Assembly: GCA_902785275.1 (NCBI GenBank)
Contig: CACZYB010000010.1
Location: forward strand, 1-30,715
DNA: 30,715 nucleotides
Reading direction: 5' to 3'
Source: an uncultured Pseudomonadota bacterium
GTDB taxonomy: Bacteria; Pseudomonadota; Alphaproteobacteria; Rs-D84; CACZYB01
Shown here in pieces: positions 1-8,443 of the stretch. Each line of letters starts with the position of its first letter. The first letter of the stretch is position 1. The notes beneath the pieces were generated by a model. The model was not told where the DNA came from. It worked only from the letters and a program-made list of their open reading frames with translations, and searched no databases. Position numbers and translations under genes: made by a program.

Positions 1-1
1 T

Positions 2-415
2 GGAAGAACATATACAGCAGAAGGAAATATAAAAGAAGGAGCAATAGAGTTAGCAGCAGCTGCAACTGCTGGTATTGCGGTAAAAGGCGTTGGAAAAGTA
101 GTAAGTAAAGCAAAAGCTACCAAAACGCTAAGTAAAGCAACAAAAGCTACTAAAAATACAAATAAATTACATAAGAATTCTAATTGTTATAACGGAAAGT
201 GTTGGTTATATCAAATAGACAATAAAACTACAGGACAACCTTATAAAATTGGAGAAACTGGAGTTGCTCCAAACTCAACAGGTAAATTACCTAGACCTCA
301 ATATCAAGTAAATAAATTAAATAAGAATTCTACAAATTCTTTTGACTACAAAGTTCTAGGAGAATATAATGGAAAAGCAGAGGTAAGAAAAATCGAATTT
401 ATAAACGAGGTGTAG
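2..415 (+). CDS. 5'-partial polymorphic toxin (CdiA/TpsA-like) C-terminus with URI/GIY-YIG-fold nuclease-like tip; original stop probably 444 (frameshift)
   Basis: Frame 2 is open from the window start: hydrophobic helix ELAAAATAGIAVKGVGKVV, then HKNS...LYQIDNKTTGQPYKIGETG...RPQYQVNKLN...YKVLG...KAEVRKIE, a Tox-URI-like pattern. The expected terminal GVELPGNKGLH* lies in frame 1 and ends at 444, abutting the next ATG. TpsB is downstream. Confidence 0.75.
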   Translation, partial: GRTYTAEGNIKEGAIELAAAATAGIAVKGVGKVVSKAKATKTLSKATKATKNTNKLHKNSNCYNGKCWLYQIDNKTTGQPYKIGETGVAPNSTGKLPRPQYQVNKLNKNSTNSFDYKVLGEYNGKAEVRKIEFINEV

Positions 416-444
416 AATTACCAGGAAATAAAGGATTGCACTAA

Positions 445-987
445 ATGAAAATTGAATTTATAGATAAAAGTTTAATATTAGAAAATGGAATAAAGTTTAC
501 TTTTGGTATGACAAAATCAGAAGTTGCAAAGTTATTAAAAGGATATGAATATTTATATGGTAAAATGCATCTCATTTATCCAAAAAAAATAAGACGTTTA
601 GATGAGACTTATCAATATGAAAAATTAGGTAATATAAGATTACGTTATTTAGATGATTGTTTATATTTATTTCATATACCAGTTAAATCTAATGAATTAT
701 TTTTTGAAGGTATCAATTTATTAAATGAAGATTATAAATGTACGGTCGAACAATTAAATAAACAAGGATATGATTGTTTTTACCATAATAGTATAGTATT
801 TCCATCATATATTTGTTCAAACATTCCTATAGAATTTGCTATAGAAGATAATAAGTTACTACAGGTCGATATAATGTCCCAAGAATATAAAAAAGCTATG
901 GAAAAAGAAGAAGGTTTATATTATGCAAAAATGAGTAGAGATGAAGAAGATAATGTCGTTATTAGATATACAAGAATTAAAAAATAA
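445..987 (+). CDS. Putative cognate immunity protein (CdiI-like)
   Basis: ATG directly follows the toxin-tail TAA (442-444); homologous to both halves of ORF 1952..2830 (FGM...LYLF...INL...C). Confidence 0.7.
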   Translation: MKIEFIDKSLILENGIKFTFGMTKSEVAKLLKGYEYLYGKMHLIYPKKIRRLDETYQYEKLGNIRLRYLDDCLYLFHIPVKSNELFFEGINLLNEDYKCTVEQLNKQGYDCFYHNSIVFPSYICSNIPIEFAIEDNKLLQVDIMSQEYKKAMEKEEGLYYAKMSRDEEDNVVIRYTRIKK

Positions 988-1006
988 ATGACTAAATTTT
1001 TAACCT
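984..1006 (+). repeat. 23-bp direct repeat shared with 11528-11550
   Basis: ATAAATGACTAAATTTTTAACCT vs ATAAATGACTAAACTTTTAACCT (22/23). Confidence 0.75.
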
Positions 1007-1033
1007 ATGATTATAAAGTTATAGGAGAGTAAT

Positions 1034-1381
1034 ATGTTGGAAATAGAAAAATATTTAAATGAAATTATATTAAATAGAAAATTAACTTGTATAAAAGATA
1101 ATATTTCTGTTTACGATTTAAAATTTGATAATGAAATTTGTTTATCAGTCAATAACAAGTGTTATTTTTCATCTGATATAGATCAATATATAAATCATAA
1201 TATTGTAAAAATTAATGTTATACTAGATAAAGAAATTAGATTTACTTTGGATAATTCTTTAACTTTTTTTATAGGACTAGATGAAAAATCAGCAGATACT
1301 CCCGAAGCATTTCTTTTATATTCTAAGAAATTTAATATTTATTTAATTTATAATAATTTTAATGAAATTTTTGAATTTTGA
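1034..1381 (+). CDS. Putative immunity protein (all-beta, DUF6188-like)
   Basis: AGGAG RBS; pattern LxFD...IxFxLDN...PEA; resembles ORF 10235..10552; located in the post-toxin array. Confidence 0.6.
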   Translation: MLEIEKYLNEIILNRKLTCIKDNISVYDLKFDNEICLSVNNKCYFSSDIDQYINHNIVKINVILDKEIRFTLDNSLTFFIGLDEKSADTPEAFLLYSKKFNIYLIYNNFNEIFEF

Positions 1382-1393
1382 AAGAGAATTAAA

Positions 1394-1933
1394 ATGTATT
1401 GGAAAAATTTAGATTTATTTAAAAAATACGGTATTAATTTATCTTTAAAAGATTTATATATTGGAGTATCAAACAAATATTTTCCTACAAACATATTGAG
1501 TGAATATTTTGATATCCTTTATGCTTCTCCATTATACAATGAAAAATATGATGTATTATTAGAAGAATTTGAATATAGAGAAGACGCTTTAGATTGTCTT
1601 AAAAAATTAGTGGATGTAAATAATATTAAAATTGATGATAGGGAGGATAAAGATGTCAAAAATTTTAATAGAAAATTGATGTATGTTAGATATTCAAATG
1701 CTTTGGAAACAATAAATAATTATGATGATTTAGTATATGAAGTTAATGATATTGCAGAGGACTTTTTTTATTATCCACCTAATATTTATGATTGCGTTTG
1801 GTATACGCCCTCTGCAGAATATAATATATTAGAACATACAAAAACGGAAAATTATGAAAGAATGGTTAACATACTTAAAAAATTTTTAGAAAATGAAAGA
1901 TTGGAAATAATCAAAAATGATAACGAAATATAA
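1394..1933 (+). CDS. DUF2247-like putative immunity protein
   Basis: Motifs RKLMY...IAEDFFYYP...VWYTP...NYERM..LKKFL resemble DUF2247 (IYADFxYP...YMP...NxxRL). Confidence 0.7.
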   Translation: MYWKNLDLFKKYGINLSLKDLYIGVSNKYFPTNILSEYFDILYASPLYNEKYDVLLEEFEYREDALDCLKKLVDVNNIKIDDREDKDVKNFNRKLMYVRYSNALETINNYDDLVYEVNDIAEDFFYYPPNIYDCVWYTPSAEYNILEHTKTENYERMVNILKKFLENERLEIIKNDNEI

Positions 1934-1951
1934 AAAAATAGGATATTTATT

Positions 1952-2830
1952 GTGTTAAAATATATAGATAGAAATACATTATGTTTACCAGATAATAGAA
2001 TCCTAAAATTCGGTATGAAAGAAAAAATCTTTATTAATGAATTTAAAGATATAATTACATGGTCTTCTAATACTCCAAATTTAATAAAACATAATGATGA
2101 TAGTGTAGAACATAATATGGAGTATCAAATTTTAGATAGTGTTTATGTTAATTTTTCTGATGGTTTTTTGTATTTATTTGATTTTTCTGAATGCAAAAAT
2201 TTTTACTATAATGATATAAATCTTGTAAATAACAATTATCAGAGTGTTATTAAAAGTATAAAAAACCTTGATTTTTCTTGCAAAAAATTACACTCAGGCT
2301 TCAAAAATTATGAATGTAAGGAATTAGGTCTTTTATTTGGTGAGGTTGGAAATTCTGGAAAAATAGCCACTGCATTTTATGCAGATTTTTTCAATCCTTC
2401 TACATTAGAAGTTAATAATATATCTAAATTTAATGGGAATTTTAAATATATAGACAGACATACACTACAATTACCCGATGGTAAATATTTGAACATAGGA
2501 ATTTCTGAAGACGATTTCCTTTGCAAGTTTAAAGATGATATTTCATGGCAATCTGAAACATCTTATTATATTTGTAACTATCGTTTACATATAGGTTTTT
2601 CAAACAAGACTTTGTATATGGTGGAATTTATTGGAAAAGAAAAATTTTTCTATAATGATATAAACTTAGCCGATACCGATTTTAAAAAGGTTATAAAGAA
2701 ACTTAAAAAACTATCTATAGATTGCATAAAAACAGAAAATGGAAACTACGATTGTAAACAGCTTGGTATTTTATTAGGTCCTGTCAATAACACACAAAAT
2801 ACTATTACAGCATTTTATTATAAAAAATAG
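1952..2830 (+). CDS. Putative immunity protein with two tandem copies of the domain in 445..987
   Basis: Internal duplication KYIDRNTLCLPD / KYIDRHTLQLPD, FYYNDINL / FFYNDINL, YECKELGLLFG / YDCKQLGILLG; GTG start with AGGA RBS. Confidence 0.7.
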   Translation: MLKYIDRNTLCLPDNRILKFGMKEKIFINEFKDIITWSSNTPNLIKHNDDSVEHNMEYQILDSVYVNFSDGFLYLFDFSECKNFYYNDINLVNNNYQSVIKSIKNLDFSCKKLHSGFKNYECKELGLLFGEVGNSGKIATAFYADFFNPSTLEVNNISKFNGNFKYIDRHTLQLPDGKYLNIGISEDDFLCKFKDDISWQSETSYYICNYRLHIGFSNKTLYMVEFIGKEKFFYNDINLADTDFKKVIKKLKKLSIDCIKTENGNYDCKQLGILLGPVNNTQNTITAFYYKK

Positions 2831-2879
2831 GGGATAAAACTTTAAAAAGAACGTTGAAACAATAAATGGATAATTAAAA

Positions 2880-3215
2880 ATGATAACGAAATATGAAAAA
2901 ATAAAATTAAATATTGAACAATATAGTATGTTAAAGGAAGTTTTAAATTTACCTGAAAATATAGTTGATAATTTGGGTTTTGTTGATGAGTATAATATTG
3001 ATTATATTTCTTTAAAAAGTAAATTGAAAATTTTTGAGGAAAATAATAAATATTTTTTATGTGGAAATATTGATGATATAATTGAATTGAATATAATTGT
3101 TCATGATTATTTGATATATTGTGGATTTGATGAAAATTATGAACCTAATAAAAAAGGTAAAATTTTAGAAGATTTAGTTGATTTACTATATGATGAAATA
3201 GAGAAGGAGAATTAA
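2880..3215 (+). CDS. Putative immunity protein (GFDENYEPNxxGxxLExL motif)
   Basis: Small acidic ORF; the C-terminal motif recurs in the N-terminal half of ORF 8444..9082. Confidence 0.65.
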   Translation: MITKYEKIKLNIEQYSMLKEVLNLPENIVDNLGFVDEYNIDYISLKSKLKIFEENNKYFLCGNIDDIIELNIIVHDYLIYCGFDENYEPNKKGKILEDLVDLLYDEIEKEN

Positions 3216-3216
3216 A

Positions 3217-3795
3217 ATGAAAAAATATGTTATATTACTTTTGTTAAATATGTTTACATTATCATGTTTAGCAGATACAAGTATTAATGAAGAAAAATAT
3301 TTAATTATAAATTATTCAAGGGCTTTTGGAAGAGGTGGAGAAAGTATGGTTTCTTTGTCAGATTTATCTTATAAAAAAAACTATAAAGATAAAAAAATAG
3401 AAAGTATTAATTATTATTCAAAATCAGATTGTATTAATGAAATTAGCAATTATATAAAAGAAGAAATATCTAGTGATACAGAAAATGGAAAATCTTTTAT
3501 ATATTATTATACTCCAGAAATTTATACAGTGTATTTTTGCATTGAAAAAAACATTTGGAATAGTGTTTATAAAAATGAAAAAGTAATTGCAAATAAGATA
3601 CAAAGAAAACGATATGTAAGTGGAGAGGAAAATATTTACAAAGATTTAAATGATTTTACAGAAAAAATGAAAAAGTGTGGGTTAATACATAAAATTGATG
3701 CAGATTATTTACCAACACCAGAAACTCCAGTTATTTGTGATAAATATAATGAAGAAAATCCAATTCCAACTAAAAAATTAAAGGATTTCTATTAA
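3217..3795 (+). CDS. Exported protein / possible lipoprotein, immediately upstream of tpsB
   Basis: N-terminal MKKYVILLLLNMFTLSCLA signal peptide with a Cys (non-canonical lipobox); AAGGAG RBS. Confidence 0.65.
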   Translation: MKKYVILLLLNMFTLSCLADTSINEEKYLIINYSRAFGRGGESMVSLSDLSYKKNYKDKKIESINYYSKSDCINEISNYIKEEISSDTENGKSFIYYYTPEIYTVYFCIEKNIWNSVYKNEKVIANKIQRKRYVSGEENIYKDLNDFTEKMKKCGLIHKIDADYLPTPETPVICDKYNEENPIPTKKLKDFY

Positions 3796-3812
3796 AATTT
3801 ATTGGTTAATTT

Positions 3813-5498
3813 ATGAATAAGTTTGGTTTTTATTTTACTGCTTTTATATCTTTAGCTACAAGTGTAAATGCACAGGTGGCGGAGGATATTCAACGTCATC
3901 AGCAGAATTTGATTGATGCTGGATTTCAAAAGCAAGAACTTGATCGTGCAATACATCAAACTCCCGCTTCAACATTTAAATATGCTGAACCAAAAACTCA
4001 AAAACCAAAATCTTCAAAATGTGTTGATATAAAAACAGTTGAATTTGATGGTAACACTAAACTTTCTAATTTTAGGATTAACCGAATTGTAAAACCATAC
4101 CTTAATAAATGTTTGAGTGTTGATGATATAAATAAGATTTTAAATACTATCACAAATGCCTATATTGATGCGGGGTATATCACAAGTGGGGCATACCTTA
4201 TTAATCCTCAAACAAAACTTAATGATGGTATTCTTCAAATAAAAATTGTAGAAGGGACAATAACCAAATTTACTGGAATAACAGAGGCAGAACGTAAAAC
4301 AGCTTTTCCATGGGTTTTGGGTTCTATCTTAAACCTTCGTGATATAGAACAAGGTTTGGATCAGATGAACAGACTTTCTTCTAATCATGCAAAAATGGAA
4401 ATAAAGGCAAACGAGGATGCAAATGGTACAAGTCAGGTTGTAATCACTAATGAACCAGAAAGTCCAACAAGCTATTCTGTTTATACTGATAATCTTGGCT
4501 CAAAATCAACAGGAGAATATAGATTAGGCCTAAGTTTAGTAGAAGATAATTTGTTTGGTATAAATGATCAACTTAATCTTGGTTATACAAACAGTTTGAC
4601 CTCTGAGTTAAATGAAAAATATTCAAGAGCTCTAAGTTTGGGGTATTCTATTCCTTTTGGATATTGGACTTTTACAAACAATGCATCATTTTCAGAATAC
4701 CAGACCTATATGAAACTACCAGTAAGTGGAGAAAAACTTTATTCGTTTGGTGATAATTTTAGCGAAAGTTTTATTATTGATAGAATTTTATCTAGGGGGC
4801 AAAATTATAAACTTTCATTATCTGCAAGTATGAATTACAAAAAGCCAAATAATTATACAAAGGTGCTTGATATAAAGACTAAGAATGACTCATCAAGCAG
4901 AGAAGTTGCTTTCTTTGAATATGCTTTACCTACAACTTTTTATTTTGATAGAGGTATAATTTTTGTAAAACCATCTTTTGTAGATGGAGCAAACTTTTGG
5001 GGTGTAGAGAAAGATAATGGAACTTATCCACAAAAGGCACAATTTGATGCTTATAAGTTATATTTGTATTCTAACTGGAATTTTGGATATGTAAGCTACA
5101 CTATGGCATTTGATGGACAATATACAGAAGATGAAATTATATCCTCTGAAACAGTATATATTGGTGGAGAAACTTCTGTTCGTGGATTTAAAGATGGTAT
5201 AAGTGGGGATAGTGGTTTTTATGTAAGGAATGATTTTAACCTAAATTTAGCAGAAATATTTAAAACTGAATCTTTATGGGCAAAATCAATAACGCCAAGT
5301 TTATTTTTTGATTATGGATGGGTAAAATCTAATTCAGATGATAGTAAGAATGAACTTTCTGGAGCTGGAACAAAATTATCATTTAGCTATGGTATGTTAG
5401 ATGCATCAGTGTCATATGCTATTCCAATAAAAAAAGAAGATAATATGACATCTAAAGGATATACATCTGTATATGTTGGTATCAAAGGAAGAATTTAG
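3813..5498 (+). CDS. ShlB/FhaC/HecB family two-partner secretion transporter (TpsB/CdiB)
   Basis: Signal peptide; POTRA motifs TNAYIDAGYITS, GILQIKIVEG, LNLRDIEQGLDQMNRL; Omp85 loop-6 motif IGGETSVRGFK; C-terminal beta strands. Confidence 0.95.
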   Translation: MNKFGFYFTAFISLATSVNAQVAEDIQRHQQNLIDAGFQKQELDRAIHQTPASTFKYAEPKTQKPKSSKCVDIKTVEFDGNTKLSNFRINRIVKPYLNKCLSVDDINKILNTITNAYIDAGYITSGAYLINPQTKLNDGILQIKIVEGTITKFTGITEAERKTAFPWVLGSILNLRDIEQGLDQMNRLSSNHAKMEIKANEDANGTSQVVITNEPESPTSYSVYTDNLGSKSTGEYRLGLSLVEDNLFGINDQLNLGYTNSLTSELNEKYSRALSLGYSIPFGYWTFTNNASFSEYQTYMKLPVSGEKLYSFGDNFSESFIIDRILSRGQNYKLSLSASMNYKKPNNYTKVLDIKTKNDSSSREVAFFEYALPTTFYFDRGIIFVKPSFVDGANFWGVEKDNGTYPQKAQFDAYKLYLYSNWNFGYVSYTMAFDGQYTEDEIISSETVYIGGETSVRGFKDGISGDSGFYVRNDFNLNLAEIFKTESLWAKSITPSLFFDYGWVKSNSDDSKNELSGAGTKLSFSYGMLDASVSYAIPIKKEDNMTSKGYTSVYVGIKGRI

Positions 5499-5512
5499 AA
5501 AAGAACTTTGGA

Positions 5513-5714
5513 TTATGGAAAACTATTCCATAAAAGCTCTAATTTTAGGGATTTCTAAAAGAAATAGATGAGTTAGAGAGTAGTGTTGTTATGGGTAGAG
5601 TTTTAGATTAAAACAACTTAGAATTGCAGATTTCTGCTAATTTAGAAAAGTTAGAGAAATGATGTTGAGTGACTCACCAAAAATCAGAAAAAACCGTTCT
5701 CTAAACGATTTTTT
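5513..5714 (+). repeat. Junction element copy 1 (att-like; core CACCAAAAATCA at 5675-5686) with hairpins
   Basis: 5641-5686 matches 11643-11688 at 43/46; perfect IR TTATGGAA/TTCCATAA at 5513-5533; imperfect terminator-like hairpin at 5688-5714. Confidence 0.85.
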
Positions 5715-6130
5715 ATTTCCTACAACACTAGGCTAAATCTAGCCTTTCTTGGGATTTTATCTGTGGGTACCAAATCAATTTTTTCCAAAAATTTTCCATT
5801 TTTTTGAGCCATTTTTCCTCTATTTTCTACGTTTAATCATTGGGTCCCGAGATTAAATTGTCATATAAAATTTGGTTCTTTTTAGGCTAACTATCAGATT
5901 TTACATGATTTATTGAAATTTCAATCATAAGGCCCTCAGTTCGAGTTCTGTAAGGCATAAAGATACCTAATAAACCCCAGAATTTAGCCATTTCTATATT
6001 CATATAAATTTCAGATTTTTTGATTTATATATTCTCTATGTCTTTTTATTTGTACTTTAGAAACATAGATAATACCTTAGTTATTGGTCATTGGTACCGA
6101 TAGAAAAGTTTTTTTATTTTCAGTAGTACC

Positions 6131-6158
6131 AAAACAACCTAATAAAACTCATCTATTT
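6131..6158 (-). repeat. ~28-bp inverted repeat, left copy (partner 11566-11592)
   Basis: Reverse complement AAATAGATGAGTTTTATTAGGTTGTTTT vs AAATAGATGAGTTTTTATGGTTGTTTT at 11566; AAATAGATGAGTT also occurs at 5562-5574. Confidence 0.75.
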
Positions 6159-6185
6159 TGAGAAGCATTATAAGGTTTATTTTCC

Positions 6186-6214
6186 TTGAAAGAAAGTTAT
6201 ATGAAATGTATAAT
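6186..6214 (+). promoter_or_regulatory. sigma70-type promoter of the immunity array
   Basis: TTGAAA-17 bp-TATAAT, followed by AAGGA RBS and ATG at 6241. Confidence 0.7.
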
Positions 6215-6240
6215 ATAGAATATTTATTTAAGGAAATATT

Positions 6241-6834
6241 ATGAAAATAAAATCAAAAGAACTTATTAATCAAATCTCAAATTTATATAATGTTATTTCT
6301 TCAAATAATATAGGTATTGATAATTTATTAAATTATAATTTAGATGATATAATAGATTGTGTATCTCAGGAAGAACAAAAAATCTGTGAGAATTTTAATG
6401 AATTATTTTTAAAATTAGATATAGAAGTTGGTGAGGCTGAACTTGAGGATAGAAATATTAATAAAAATCTAATTAAAGATATGGCTAATAAGGTCTTAGA
6501 AAAAATCAATTATTATAAGTATTTTATAGAAATAGATTTATCTCAATATAGTCCAATTCTTGACATGAATATTAAAGAATATATTAATATTTATACGAAT
6601 GTTAAACCTGATTTTTCAATTGAATTAAATAGTATTGTTCAAGATGGAATAAAAAGTTTCGGATTAAACGATGTTACTATCATTGATTTTATTAGGCAAG
6701 TTTCAATAGAATTAAAGAAATCAAATATTTTACTATTTAAAGATAAACTATGTTATAAAGATATAGAGCAATCATTAAGAGATTGGGAAAAAGATAAAAC
6801 TGATAAGTGGATTTTTAAGTACGGGAAAAAATAA
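6241..6834 (+). CDS. Hypothetical protein, candidate orphan immunity protein
   Basis: 197-aa acidic ORF with RBS; TAATG-coupled to the next ORF. Confidence 0.6.
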   Translation: MKIKSKELINQISNLYNVISSNNIGIDNLLNYNLDDIIDCVSQEEQKICENFNELFLKLDIEVGEAELEDRNINKNLIKDMANKVLEKINYYKYFIEIDLSQYSPILDMNIKEYINIYTNVKPDFSIELNSIVQDGIKSFGLNDVTIIDFIRQVSIELKKSNILLFKDKLCYKDIEQSLRDWEKDKTDKWIFKYGKK

Positions 6835-7295
6835 TGTTTATAAGTTTAAAAGAAAAAATAGGAATAAAAATGTTAAATTTTTTATTTAAAAGACAACGGA
6901 ATAAAGCTCAAAAGGATATTGATGGATTAAATCCAAACACATTAGTCCATAATTATAAAAAAATTTTGGAATTTATTAGCATTAAGATGCCAAAAATGCG
7001 TTGGCAAGACAATTACTTAGACGAAGATATTTGGGCTAATAATGTTAGTGAAATAGATAAATTACATAAAGCATTAAAAAATTTTTATATAGATTACCCA
7101 TTATCGACATATAAGATGAAGTTATATTGTGATAAAAACTGCAAATACTTGTTTGAAGATTTATTTAATGGTAAAAAAGTATCTCAAGATGTAAATCCCA
7201 TAACTCACGTTAAGTGTTCTTTTACTTTAAATGGCAAAACACAACACAAAATGATAAAGATTTCAAAATGCAAATTTATCCTAAAAAGGAACTAA
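6834..7295 (+). CDS. Hypothetical protein (basic) in immunity array
   Basis: 153-aa ORF translationally coupled (TAATG) to the upstream gene; no recognised motif. Confidence 0.55.
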   Translation: MFISLKEKIGIKMLNFLFKRQRNKAQKDIDGLNPNTLVHNYKKILEFISIKMPKMRWQDNYLDEDIWANNVSEIDKLHKALKNFYIDYPLSTYKMKLYCDKNCKYLFEDLFNGKKVSQDVNPITHVKCSFTLNGKTQHKMIKISKCKFILKRN

Positions 7296-7309
7296 AAAGG
7301 GAAAATAAA

Positions 7310-7843
7310 ATGATAAAAGCAAAATATGTAGAAGATATATCAAGTATCAAAGATCTTCTTATTATAGATGGTGAAAAATGTAAGACAGAACAAGATTTAT
7401 TTAATGAATATGCAACTGTACTAAACTTCCCAAGTTGGTTTGGAAAGAATTGGAATGCTTTTGATGAATGTCTGAATGAGTGTGTTTATAACGAAGAGGA
7501 TAAAAATAAACCTATATATGTATATATAAAGAATATAGAAATGATTTGTTGTAAAATGTATATTTTGGAAAGTTTTTCTAATTTCTATAATAAAGTTAGT
7601 TTTGATGATGACGAAGAAAGTAATATTTGTTTTATATTTGATAAACGTACTTTGATGTTTTTACGAAAAGAAATAATCAAAAATTTTAAGAATAATGATT
7701 TTTATCATTTGTTTTTTTCAGATATTTATTGGAATGATGATATTGGTGAAAAAATAAAAGTCCGAATGCTAGAACATTATATTTTATCTTTTTTACATAT
7801 CCTTGGTGTTTTGAATTTGAAAATTATTCTTTTAGAATCATAG
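7310..7843 (+). CDS. Barstar-family (RNase inhibitor) immunity protein with C-terminal extension; probable frameshift near the 3' end
   Basis: IIDGEKCKT..DLF..YATVLNFPSWFGKNWNAFDECL is the barstar signature; ATG at 7310 has an AAGGG RBS and is preferred over 7214. Confidence 0.85.
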   Translation: MIKAKYVEDISSIKDLLIIDGEKCKTEQDLFNEYATVLNFPSWFGKNWNAFDECLNECVYNEEDKNKPIYVYIKNIEMICCKMYILESFSNFYNKVSFDDDEESNICFIFDKRTLMFLRKEIIKNFKNNDFYHLFFSDIYWNDDIGEKIKVRMLEHYILSFLHILGVLNLKIILLES

Positions 7844-7880
7844 AAGATGCAATTTATGATATTTTAAAGAAGGATAAATA

Positions 7881-8429
7881 ATGAACGATAAAAAGGACCT
7901 CTTACAAGTTAAATATTATCTGGAAAATATCTATAACAATATAGATATTGAAAATAATATAAAATTATTTCAAAGTATTATTTGGGATGAAAGTAAAGAT
8001 TTTTCAGAATACCTTCTGGAATTAGCATATGATTTGGACTTCTATAATTCTGATGCCTTGGATGAAAAAGTATGTGGCTTAGCTGATAGAAATGGTTTTT
8101 ATAGTTACAATACTATTAAAGATATGATATACGATACATTAAGAATATTAAATATGGAAGTATTATTAAAAGAACAAGAAGATAAGATATTAGATAAAAA
8201 TTTAAAAAAATGGTATATTGCTCATAAAATACTGCCTAAACGAATTACTATAGAAAATCAAAATCTTTATTTAATTACAGATCATAATGGTGTTGATGAT
8301 GCAAATTATAGAATATTTTTAAATCCTACAAATAATACTTTGGGTTTAGAATTTTTGGATAAAAACGATAACAGTATAATAATTGAAGAAAATATTGCAG
8401 ACTTAAATGAAGCATTAAATAATATGTAA
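7881..8429 (+). CDS. Putative two-domain (poly)immunity protein
   Basis: N-half LELAYDLDFY motif; C-half W...P...LITDH..DD..YRI..N...T similar to ORF 9932..10228. Confidence 0.65.
   Translation: MNDKKDLLQVKYYLENIYNNIDIENNIKLFQSIIWDESKDFSEYLLELAYDLDFYNSDALDEKVCGLADRNGFYSYNTIKDMIYDTLRILNMEVLLKEQEDKILDKNLKKWYIAHKILPKRITIENQNLYLITDHNGVDDANYRIFLNPTNNTLGLEFLDKNDNSIIIEENIADLNEALNNM
8367..8411 (+). repeat. 45-bp direct repeat with 11084-11128
   Basis: GATAACAGTATAATAATTGAAGAAAATATTGCA(G/A)ACTTAAATGAA, 44/45 identical. Confidence 0.9.
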
Positions 8430-8443
8430 AAGGCTAGAAGTAA

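Noticed and set aside
5610-5680. Intact tRNA genes ending at the CACCA cores
   Set aside because: No GTTCRA T-loop upstream of any of the three cores; at most 3' fragments.
5930-5960. CAGTTCGAGTTCTG as a tRNA T-arm
   Set aside because: No 5-bp T stem, acceptor stem or cloverleaf could be built.
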